The notes under the pieces: model-generated
What the model saw: the letters and a program-made list of their open reading frames with translations, nothing else
Database searches by the model: none
Told to the model about the DNA's origin: nothing
Shown: positions 24,970 to 32,212 of the stretch, one piece after another
How the letters are laid out: the number at the start of each line of letters is the position of its first letter
How positions within the stretch are numbered: position 1 is the stretch's first letter
Origin: a virus
IMG/VR virus record: IMGVR_UViG_3300028840_003851
Reading direction: 5' to 3' (one strand)
DNA: 64,000 bases
Made by a program: the position numbers and the translations under genes

Positions 24970-27555
24970 TCACACAAGACCATACGCGCTGAGCGCTGAT
25001 ATTGTCTGAGGAGAGATGCCTCCTGCAGCACTCATGGCGCTCCCGAATGTAGGATACGGGTTACCTATAGAAGCTCTAGGAGCTACGGGACCACCTGGCC
25101 CCACAGACCATCCGGACGACAAGGGACCGCCTCCCGCCATCCGCATCCCAGAGCCCTTCATCGCCTTCATGATTGCTCTTTGCTCGTTAGCCTGCACCTT
25201 GAACGCGGTAGGGTAGTAATCCTCCTTCCCCATCACCTGCACCTTGGCCGTCTTCTCCTGCACCGCAGCCTGCTTCACCTCCATCCCTAGCTCCCTGGCA
25301 CGTTCCACCCTCCCCTGAAGGTCCTTGACCCGAAGAAGCTGACGACGTACCTCCTTCGCACTGTCTCGCGGAGCTCCTCCACTTCTCTGGTTGGCGAGAA
25401 GGGTGCCTACTGTGCTTCCTCCCAGCACTCCAACGAGAGGTGCCGCTTGCGCCAGGAGATGCTTTCCTCCAAGAGCACGGGCACCGAGACCTGCACCAAA
25501 GCCTAAGCCAGCACCAGCCAAACCGTACAGCTGCTGCCGCCTCCTGCGCTCCTTCATCTGCTCTGCCGCGCCGGCAGCTCTCTCCAGAGCCTGACCCTGT
25601 TGATGGTGGGCCAAGATACCCTCCAGCAGGGCTGCAGTGTCGTCCCCCTTTTCCGCCGTCTTTGCTGTGCCCTCCGGGTCTACACCCAAAAGAGCCTTAA
25701 CGACGTCAAGGCCAACCTCAAACATGCTGCTTAATAGCTTAGGGGGTATGTGCTCCTTATATGCCTGTAGTGCGTCACTCTTGTTGTCATAGCCGACAAA
25801 CACCTTGTACTCATCGAACGTACCGTCCGGCTTTACCTGCCTAGCCCAGAATGTCCTTGTAGAGCCTTTGCTCGGGCCTACGAACACATCAAGGCTATCC
25901 CCGTCTCCTCCATTAGCACCTTTGAGGTAGCCGTAGTCTGTCTTGTACACGCGCTTCCACGGTGTACCCCCCTCGTCTACGCCCTCCATGACGAACCCCT
26001 TTGGGCGGTCTATGTGCACAGTGAGCCCTTGAAAGTATACCTTCTTCTTTGCTCTACCGTCCTGCGCAATCTTGTCTAGCTCTCCTACGAACCCACGCCA
26101 CCTGTGGAGCGCTGTAGGAGACCAGACCTCTGCTCTTTTCTCTTTGCTATCCATTAGCCCTCTAAACTGCCCTATCAGCTTCTCTTTACGTTGGGCGTGT
26201 GCCGTCAGGTACTCATCTATGCCCCCGCCGGGCTTTGTTATCTTCAGCTTCTCCAGCAACCCTGCCTTTGGTCTTGTGGCAAGGTAGCTCTCTACTGTGA
26301 TGTTTCGTTCCTTCTTGGGTAGGTGCGTATGGCTTCTGTACCTAATGCCTCGGCCTTCCACCTGCTTCAGCTTCTCTGTGTTCCAGTGTGGCTCTAGCAC
26401 CTGGAGCAGCCTGGTGCCCTTGAGGTCTAGCCCCTCACCGCCTGCTGAGCTAAGCAGTAGAACCCTCTTATTCCCTTCATTGTAGTCTCGAACCAGCTGG
26501 TCACGCTCCTTCTTGGGCATGGCCCCGGTGAACTCCCCGTAGGGGATGCCCGCCTGCTCAAGCCTCTCCTTGTACGGGCGTACCCCAGCATCCAGATAGT
26601 TTGAGTAGACCACCCCCTTAAACCTGGGGTTGCCCTCTAGCTTAGCCTTCATACGTTTGAACGCTGTATCAACCTTGGGCTCTTGGGGGGGCTCCTTTGG
26701 CGCATGCGCCCTCGTGGAGAGAGATATCTGCCGTACAGCAGAGGCAAACGCGTTAAGCTGCTTGGACTCCTGCTTGGAGGGGGGGAGACCCGCCTTTATC
26801 TTGAGCGCTACCCACGGAGGGGCTTGTCCTATTACCCCATCGTACAGCTTGCGCTGTTTGGCGGTCATGGGAACCTTCACCACCTCCCTCCTCACGTCTG
26901 GGAAGTCGGCCTTCGTGCCAGGGTGGTAGTCTACCCACGTACGCATCACCTTCTTGAGCTCGTTGGCCTGTCTCGGGTTAAGCTCCTGCACCGTCCCAGG
27001 CTTGGCCCCACGGATACGCTGCCACAAGGAAGGATTGATGCGCGTCTCCTTCACGTACCTCTGCTCAAAGCTCTTCTGGTCTGGGGGGAGGACACGCTCC
27101 CCCGCGGCAATGTTTATCAGAGGAGCTATGTCACTTGGCCTATTATAAAATGGGCTCGCCGTGAGGAGCATACGCTTATCTGAGAGGTTCCTCTTAAGCG
27201 CTTGATAGGTCTTAGAGTCCACCTCTCTTGCTCTGTGCGCCTCATCTACAATCAGCATGGGCGCATCTATCACCTCGCCTGCTCTTGCTACACGCTGCAG
27301 AGTAGTAATAGCCGCCTCGGGGGAGGTGCCTTCTATGTGCTTCTCTCGCTCCTTCTCGTAGTTCGCCTTCAAGGAGGCGGGCACGACCACAGTAGAAGGA
27401 AGACCTAACGCATCCTGTGCAGCAATAGAGCTGAGGGTCTTACCAGAGCCTAGCCCATGAGCCACTACCAGCCCTGGCTGCTCCTTCATACGCTCTACTA
27501 CCTTGCGCTGATGGGGCTTTAGCTCATGGCGTATTGCCGCGACCTTCTCAGACAT
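24970..27555 (-). CDS. Polyvalent protein: SNF2/SF2 helicase + InPase-like domain + glycine-rich hydrophobic segment
   Basis: HGLGSGKT, IVDEAH, LLTASP, SAGGEGLDLK, QVEGRGIR; then YKTDYGYLKGANGGDGDSLDVFVGP. Confidence 0.9.
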   Translation of the reverse strand: MSEKVAAIRHELKPHQRKVVERMKEQPGLVVAHGLGSGKTLSSIAAQDALGLPSTVVVPASLKANYEKEREKHIEGTSPEAAITTLQRVARAGEVIDAPMLIVDEAHRAREVDSKTYQALKRNLSDKRMLLTASPFYNRPSDIAPLINIAAGERVLPPDQKSFEQRYVKETRINPSLWQRIRGAKPGTVQELNPRQANELKKVMRTWVDYHPGTKADFPDVRREVVKVPMTAKQRKLYDGVIGQAPPWVALKIKAGLPPSKQESKQLNAFASAVRQISLSTRAHAPKEPPQEPKVDTAFKRMKAKLEGNPRFKGVVYSNYLDAGVRPYKERLEQAGIPYGEFTGAMPKKERDQLVRDYNEGNKRVLLLSSAGGEGLDLKGTRLLQVLEPHWNTEKLKQVEGRGIRYRSHTHLPKKERNITVESYLATRPKAGLLEKLKITKPGGGIDEYLTAHAQRKEKLIGQFRGLMDSKEKRAEVWSPTALHRWRGFVGELDKIAQDGRAKKKVYFQGLTVHIDRPKGFVMEGVDEGGTPWKRVYKTDYGYLKGANGGDGDSLDVFVGPSKGSTRTFWARQVKPDGTFDEYKVFVGYDNKSDALQAYKEHIPPKLLSSMFEVGLDVVKALLGVDPEGTAKTAEKGDDTAALLEGILAHHQQGQALERAAGAAEQMKERRRRQQLYGLAGAGLGFGAGLGARALGGKHLLAQAAPLVGVLGGSTVGTLLANQRSGGAPRDSAKEVRRQLLRVKDLQGRVERARELGMEVKQAAVQEKTAKVQVMGKEDYYPTAFKVQANEQRAIMKAMKGSGMRMAGGGPLSSGWSVGPGGPVAPRASIGNPYPTFGSAMSAAGGISPQTISALSAYGLV

Positions 27556-27560
27556 GCCTC

Positions 27561-27569
27561 ATCGTACCA
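27561..27569 (-). promoter_or_regulatory. Extended -10 element, probable leaderless start
   Basis: TGG-TACGAT-GAGGC-ATG. Confidence 0.5.
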
Positions 27570-27607
27570 CCATCCGTATGCACCGAGCACCTCTGTCAGA
27601 GCGAGAT

Positions 27608-27641
27608 GTGAAAGTTCGTCATGAAATAAAGCATAAGAATA
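27608..27641 (+). promoter_or_regulatory. Phage-type promoter motif upstream of candidate ncRNA
   Basis: GTGAAAGTTCG-N5-AAATA-N4-ATAAGAATA; aligns with the 28428 copy. Confidence 0.45.
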
Positions 27642-27669
27642 ACGAGATGGAAGATACATCTCAGGTGCC

Positions 27670-28345
27670 GACCAGAGTTAAAGCCCTCTGGTCAGGGAGA
27701 GCAGTCTCCCGCCATCGGAGTGGCGCCCGGTGGTTAGTGTTTTTTACCGAGGTACTCTCGGTAGGCTGGATGCTGGGCCGGTGACCAACAGCATCCGCAA
27801 AAGCCTGAGCACGGAGCTTCCCGGAGCTCTGCGCTGCTTATCTTAAGAGAGGCTGCGGTGTACCGCCGCGGATTAACCTCTCGCATGGGCTCCTACCAGT
27901 CCCTTAAAGGTAGGGTACGGCTCATGGCAGGTCTCCTCTTCACAATGAGGCCACATGCAAAGGGACACGCAACGACTCTGACAGCACCGCCACGTTGGGC
28001 CTTCGGCCTCTCGCGGTGCAGTCAGATTCGCCGCGCTACACCCTCCGCTAATGGTGTCTCTCGGGGCGTCAGGAGGAAGTGTAGGGCTGTGGGTTATAGG
28101 CCCCAGCGGGTTCGAGTCCCGAAACAGCCTCTATGTATAAGACAAAAGGCATGACTCAGTCCGAGCTCTCCGAGCTCGGACTGATTGCTGGGTACCACAT
28201 AGTACCCAGCAACCCCCCACGCCTCCCGCGTGGGGAGCTAACACCGGCCTGCGAGTGTGAGTCGGACCACTGGGTCCGACTATTCGGCCCATGGTACGTC
28301 TGCCCCCTCTGCGGGGCAGCTCCTGCTGAAGGGCACGAGCCACTC
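27670..28345 (+). ncRNA. Candidate large structured RNA (at least 15 adjacent hairpins, tRNA-like module)
   Basis: Back-to-back stems of 5-13 bp; G-U wobbles favour the + strand; T-arm CGGG-TTCGAGT-CCCG at 28107-28121. Confidence 0.65.
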
Positions 28346-28357
28346 GTATGCAGGTAA
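28151..28357 (+). CDS. Possible Cys/His micro-protein overlapping the hairpin array
   Basis: ATAAG-N9-ATG as for the 29889 gene; CECESDH...CPLCG; followed by the cassette element. Confidence 0.35.
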   Translation: MTQSELSELGLIAGYHIVPSNPPRLPRGELTPACECESDHWVRLFGPWYVCPLCGAAPAEGHEPLVCR

Positions 28358-28388
28358 GGGTAATGGGAGCTCCCCTATGAGAGCGCCC

Positions 28389-28427
28389 CGTCCAAGCTGA
28401 GACGTTAAACCAGCTTTTCTTAGCTCC
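28389..28427 (+). repeat. Cassette 3' element, copy 1
   Basis: CGTC-CAAGCTGA-GACG-TTAAACCA...TTTTCTTAGCTCC. Confidence 0.7.
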
Positions 28428-28518
28428 TTAAAAGTACGCTCAAGAATAGGTAATAAGAATAGTGAAGGAGACCACAGACACGTGCAAAGGTTGTGCGCTG
28501 CTCTAGTGGTTCAAGAAA

Positions 28519-29691
28519 ATGTCGAACATCACTTCCAACATCACCACCATCACCACCATCAGCACAACCGCAACCATAATCAACACCCCGGTGGTAGTCG
28601 ACCGCCGGGAGGGGGAGGAGGACCGAAGGGTCCTCGAGGTGGTTGGGGACGTAAGGGATGAGGAGGAGATTGAAAATCTCCTCCTCATTGTGGACGCGTT
28701 GATGGAGGGGAGGGAGGAGGTGGTTCCTGCCCTCCTCCCGGAGGGGTGGGAGTACAACGACGGGTACTTCCCACCCCGTATCGACACCACGTGGGAATCC
28801 CCGACCTCCCCGCTCCCCCCTATGGGAGCGGTGAAGGATTACCTGAACGAAATCCGGGTATCCATCCAAAACTATCCCCCGAGTGATGAGGTTGCCCGGG
28901 CCGTAATGGCTTGGGCCGAGACCCTCCCAGAGGGTAGGGGGAGGCGACTGGTGGGGGGAGCCCAAGCGGGCTCCGGGCACATAGCCCTACTCGATGGATG
29001 GAACGCCTACCAGCGAGAAGGGTGTGACTGGGTGAGCGTAGAGTTCGAGTTCCCTCCCGTCGAGGAGGTAATAGGGGCTCTGCGCGCCCTGCGTCCCGGG
29101 AGGTACGATAGGGAGGAGGTTGCCGTTCTCGGCAATCGGTTCTCCAGGCTACCCTGGGGATCGATTGAGGGGATGCCCGGATGGTTCATCCAGGACAGGG
29201 CAAAAGGGGACTGGTCGTCCCCTTACAGGGAGCGGACATTGTGCCTCCACCGAGTACCGGTAGTGACCATGGAGTACTGCACCTCCCTGATGCCCTTCAG
29301 GACCTTGGAGCTCCAGGTGTTCTCCGTGGAGGAGGGTAAGGCCCTCCGCCAGAGGGAGAAGGAGGAGAACCGCGCCAGTGCCCGAGAGTACGCAGACTCT
29401 AGGGCCCAGGCTAGGGACCTTCTCCTAGCAGGGGCGGAGCTGCAGTACTTTCCCGGGCAGATGGGAGGGGTGCTGTACTTTGAGGGCCTGCAAAGGTATG
29501 TCTCCGCTCACGGCGCCCTGCGGGGGCTCCTCCCGGATGTCGAGGTGGCAGAGCTGCTGTATAAGGCGGCGCAGGAGGACGCACCTCGCTGGATACGACT
29601 CCCACGGAAGCCCACTATACCAAAGTGGGTGGGGAAGAAGGCGGGGAGGTCCGCCGAAGCAGACATAGAGGAGGGGCTGGCTGAGCTCTAA
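28519..29691 (+). CDS. Hypothetical protein (390 aa)
   Basis: Long ORF with Thr/Ile-rich N-terminus; no recognisable family. Confidence 0.75.
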   Translation: MSNITSNITTITTISTTATIINTPVVVDRREGEEDRRVLEVVGDVRDEEEIENLLLIVDALMEGREEVVPALLPEGWEYNDGYFPPRIDTTWESPTSPLPPMGAVKDYLNEIRVSIQNYPPSDEVARAVMAWAETLPEGRGRRLVGGAQAGSGHIALLDGWNAYQREGCDWVSVEFEFPPVEEVIGALRALRPGRYDREEVAVLGNRFSRLPWGSIEGMPGWFIQDRAKGDWSSPYRERTLCLHRVPVVTMEYCTSLMPFRTLELQVFSVEEGKALRQREKEENRASAREYADSRAQARDLLLAGAELQYFPGQMGGVLYFEGLQRYVSAHGALRGLLPDVEVAELLYKAAQEDAPRWIRLPRKPTIPKWVGKKAGRSAEADIEEGLAEL

Positions 29692-29774
29692 AGGCCAGCC
29701 CCTTCCCTCCCCAGTGGTCGTGGCAAAGCCACTGGGGAGACACCGATGTGTCTGGCAAGCACATGGTGTAACCT

Positions 29775-29855
29775 CGTCCTCAGCTGAAGGACGTTAAGCA
29801 GAGCGCACAAGCTCTTCGGCACGGGACCATTAATGGTCCTTTTTAGTACCGTAAA
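29775..29855 (+). repeat. Cassette 3' element, copy 2, with terminator
   Basis: CGTCCT-CAGCTGA-AGGACG-TTAAGC; AGAGC-GCACAA-GCTCT; GGACCA-TTAA-TGGTCC-TTTTTAGTACCGTAAA. Confidence 0.75.
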
Positions 29856-29888
29856 ATAATACGTAAAATCGAGCATAAGAGTAATGGT

Positions 29889-30182
29889 ATGAAATACAAC
29901 CGCGACTGCAGCGTGTGCCTCAGTGAGAGGCGCAACCCATTCAGTCATGAATGGGACTGCGTCGCGGGTCCAGAGTGCCCGGAGTGCCATAAGTGCTCCG
30001 GGGTAATATTCGACACACAGTACAAGTCGGTAGACGGAAAATACTACTGGCGGGAGTACTATGTCGAGCCCCATGGCCGCATGGGGAACAGAAGCTACAA
30101 CGACGACTACCGAGTCGGGTACTTCTGCTCATGCGGCTGGGAGTACTCCAGACCCCGGCGTAGGAAGAAGGATGATGAGTAA
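29889..30182 (+). CDS. Cys-rich zinc-binding protein
   Basis: CSVC, CPECHKC, CSCG. Confidence 0.75.
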   Translation: MKYNRDCSVCLSERRNPFSHEWDCVAGPECPECHKCSGVIFDTQYKSVDGKYYWREYYVEPHGRMGNRSYNDDYRVGYFCSCGWEYSRPRRRKKDDE

Positions 30183-30199
30183 GGGAGCTCTCAAGTCCC

Positions 30200-30280
30200 A
30201 CGTCTAAGCTGTGAGACGTTAAACCATGGGCGCAACAGCCCTACCAGCACGGACCTCATGGTCCTTTTTAGCTCCGTAAA
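30200..30280 (+). repeat. Cassette 3' element, copy 3, with terminator
   Basis: ACGTCT-AAGCTGTG-AGACGT-TAAACCA; GGGC-GCAACA-GCCC; GGACC-TCAT-GGTCC-TTTTTAGCTCCGTAAA. Confidence 0.75.
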
Positions 30281-30297
30281 CAGGGTTCTCTCTGCGG

Positions 30298-30306
30298 TGC
30301 TACACT
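30298..30306 (+). promoter_or_regulatory. Extended -10 element, probable leaderless start
   Basis: TGC-TACACT-GTATGC-ATG (30313). Confidence 0.6.
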
Positions 30307-30312
30307 GTATGC

Positions 30313-30600
30313 ATGAAGGACGAGGAGCTGGAGGCCATCAAGGAGCGCCTCAAAGAGACAGACAACAGAGCAGCCTCCCTAGGGGTCTACTCCCAGACGA
30401 CGAACGACATGCGCGCCCTCATCCAAGAGATAGAGGTCTTGCGCAGGCGACAAGCCCTGTTAGCTGCTGTCGTAGACGCTGCAGTAAGACTTTGGTCGGT
30501 AGGAGCCGGTCTTCTCCGTACCTCGCTTAAGGACCTGCACGACCGATGGCCCAACTGGCAGAGCGAGACATCCCGCAGGAGCGGCAAGAAGGAGGACTAG
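30313..30600 (+). CDS. Coiled-coil hypothetical protein
   Basis: MKDEELEAIKERL...DMRALIQEIEVLR. Confidence 0.75.
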   Translation: MKDEELEAIKERLKETDNRAASLGVYSQTTNDMRALIQEIEVLRRRQALLAAVVDAAVRLWSVGAGLLRTSLKDLHDRWPNWQSETSRRSGKKED

Positions 30601-30963
30601 ATGGAGGAGAAGCTAGCCGTAGAGCTCATCAAGACCGTCCCCCTAGTAGGAGTTCTGTTCTGCGCGCTAACCCTAATATGGAGAAGACTTATTGCTGTTC
30701 AGGATAAGCACGACACATACCTTAAGGAGAACGCTGACAAGCTCACTATGCATACAGACAAGCTCCGCGAGGCCATAACAAACAATACACACGCCAACCA
30801 GAGCGTAGCTAAGGGGCTAGCAGAGCTACGTAGGTCAAACGAGCTGTTGGCGCGAGAGGTGATGGAGCTCCGCCTGGAGCATAGGTCCCCGTCCACTAGA
30901 CCCCTTATTGACTCCTCTAGGCCCCCACTAGAGTCGGGACACAGAATCTACACGGAGGAGTGA
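30601..30963 (+). CDS. Single-TM holin-like protein
   Basis: GGAGG RBS; VPLVGVLFCALTLIWRR followed by a coiled coil. Confidence 0.6.
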   Translation: MEEKLAVELIKTVPLVGVLFCALTLIWRRLIAVQDKHDTYLKENADKLTMHTDKLREAITNNTHANQSVAKGLAELRRSNELLAREVMELRLEHRSPSTRPLIDSSRPPLESGHRIYTEE

Positions 30964-31208
30964 TGAAGAGCTTCATCTACCTCCTATTTGGGGAGCTGAG
31001 CAAAGTAACGCCTGAGGAGAAGAGGCTGCATGACGCTTGGGACAAGCTAGGGGAGGCGAACGACGAGATTAACAATAACCTGGATAGACTGGAGGGGGCT
31101 ATACGTAAGGCCAGGAAGCAGGGCGCCCAGGCTGCGCAGGAGATACTCGATGGAGAAGAGGCCAGGCAAAGAGGAGAGCAAGACGGAGAATGCGCGAAGG
31201 AGAGTTAG
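30960..31208 (+). CDS. Small coiled-coil protein
   Basis: GGAGG RBS; coupled to the previous gene. Confidence 0.65.
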   Translation: MMKSFIYLLFGELSKVTPEEKRLHDAWDKLGEANDEINNNLDRLEGAIRKARKQGAQAAQEILDGEEARQRGEQDGECAKES

Positions 31209-31692
31209 GGCCGTCAGCTCTAACATCCAGCTCGCCGCCACCAGCAAAGCAAGCTACTGGTCTGAGCCCATGGCTAAGCTGGCTGCCGCCTTTGACGAGG
31301 TGTGTCACGTATCCTTAGAGGTTACGGACGAGATACGAAGGTCGCAGGAGGTTAACGCCAAGATGGTTGTTCTGGCGCGTGACCTTACACGTAGGGCACA
31401 CACAGTGACAATTGCCGTGTGCCTCTTCGTTTTGGCAAACCTTTTCCTGACCGCCCTTCTGTACTACCAATCTGCAAGGAAGCTAGACGAGATACAGCGG
31501 GGACAAGTGGCTAAGAGCCACAGCCACCCGGCTTACCTAACGAGCAGGGACCTACCGCCGCCGCCCCCTACCGTTACTGTGACCGTAACGGTGAGCAGCA
31601 AAGCTCCCCTGAGGCACCCTGTCCGTAGACCTCCTGCTGTAGCCCCCAAGCCTACCGCGTCTTCGCCTAAGCCGACTCCAATGTTCGAGTGA
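31150..31692 (+). CDS. Membrane protein with Pro-rich C-terminus
   Basis: TM VTIAVCLFVLANLFLTALLYY; PPPPPTVTVTVTV tail. Confidence 0.65.
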   Translation: MEKRPGKEESKTENARRRVRAVSSNIQLAATSKASYWSEPMAKLAAAFDEVCHVSLEVTDEIRRSQEVNAKMVVLARDLTRRAHTVTIAVCLFVLANLFLTALLYYQSARKLDEIQRGQVAKSHSHPAYLTSRDLPPPPPTVTVTVTVSSKAPLRHPVRRPPAVAPKPTASSPKPTPMFE

Positions 31693-31701
31693 CAATCGAT
31701 G

Positions 31702-31775
31702 TGCCCAGCGATAGGGTCGAACTCGCAGCATACCGCTTTTGAGGCGGCCTCCTCTGCCTTTTGGGCTAGCTTGGC
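31702..31775 (-). tRNA. tRNA-Leu(CAA)-like, degenerate T-stem, short variable loop
   Basis: Anticodon arm GCCGC-CTCAAAA-GCGGT; T-stem GCGAG/CTATC has two mismatches; no full CCA. Confidence 0.65.
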
Positions 31776-31851
31776 TGGTACCGGGAACAAGAGTCGAACT
31801 TGCACTGAGCTGGTTCTAAGCCAGCTGCCTCTGCCGTTGGGCTACCCCGGC
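31776..31851 (-). tRNA. tRNA-Leu(TAG), CCA encoded, short variable loop
   Basis: GCCGGGG acceptor, GCTGG-CTTAGAA-CCAGC, GCAAG-TTCGACT-CTTGT, ACCA end. Confidence 0.92.
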
Positions 31852-31858
31852 AAAACCT

Positions 31859-31938
31859 TGGGATGCTCCGGGCATCGAACCCGGACGATAGACATCATGA
31901 ATTCTGTTGTGCGTCGTCTACCGGCCCTAGCACATCCC
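31859..31938 (-). pseudogene. Degenerate tRNA (possible CAT anticodon)
   Basis: Intact acceptor GGGATGT/GCATCCC and T-arm CCGGG-TTCGATG-CCCGG; D and anticodon stems do not pair; 80 nt. Confidence 0.6.
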
Positions 31939-31945
31939 TAAGGCA

Positions 31946-32016
31946 GCTGAGTATGAGGGAATCGAACCCCCTTCTTCAGGTTTGGAGCCTGAGTGCCCAC
32001 CATGGGCTATGCCCAG
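31946..32016 (-). tRNA. tRNA-Trp(CCA), atypical
   Basis: TCAGG-CTCCAAA-CCTGA; D-arm GCCC-ATGGT-GGGC; extra A between T-stem and acceptor. Confidence 0.75.
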
Positions 32017-32212
32017 TGCTACCCCAAAGTGCCATTTTGGCCCTTTGGGGAGTAGTAAAACCCTGGTTTTGAGTACAGGACCAGGAACCTACTCCACCCC
32101 AGACCTGTTTGCCGTGGACAGCCTTCGGGTCCGGGTACCCGCCATCGATGGGTAATGCTTGGGAGCCAGCTCCGCTGGACTTACCTTCACCGCCGTGCAA
32201 GCGGCTAGACCC

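Noticed and set aside
14159-26929. Many plus-strand ORFs antisense to the fibre and helicase genes
   Set aside because: Shadow ORFs of Gly/Thr-rich minus-strand genes, lacking RBS and fully nested.
7329-27555. Inteins or introns in RecA, helicase or polymerase
   Set aside because: Motifs are at normal spacing, and no C/S...HN-C/S/T splice signatures or LAGLIDADG blocks were seen.
27554-28154. ORF-track entries 27554..27784 and 27858..28154
   Set aside because: No RBS, no protein-like features, and they coincide with dense RNA structure.
27670-28345. tmRNA, RNase P RNA, group I/II intron or riboswitch identity for the structured region
   Set aside because: No tRNA-Ala-like ends with CCA or tag ORF; GAGGAAGTG does not match the RNase P GAGGAAAGTCC core; no group II domain V; no recognisable riboswitch consensus.
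28389-30280. CRISPR array or canonical integron attC array
   Set aside because: Repeats are divergent and separated by whole genes rather than 30-40-nt spacers. The GTTRRRY core has no RYYYAAC partner at attC distance, and no integrase is in the window.
31859-31938. tRNA-Sec (TCA) reading of the degenerate tRNA
   Set aside because: No paired anticodon stem around TCA, no long variable arm, no extended acceptor.
32018-32212. c-di-GMP riboswitch or small ribozyme in the tRNA spacer
   Set aside because: Only GGCAAAC matches; the other c-di-GMP-I elements and the hammerhead core (CTGATGA/GAAA) are absent.
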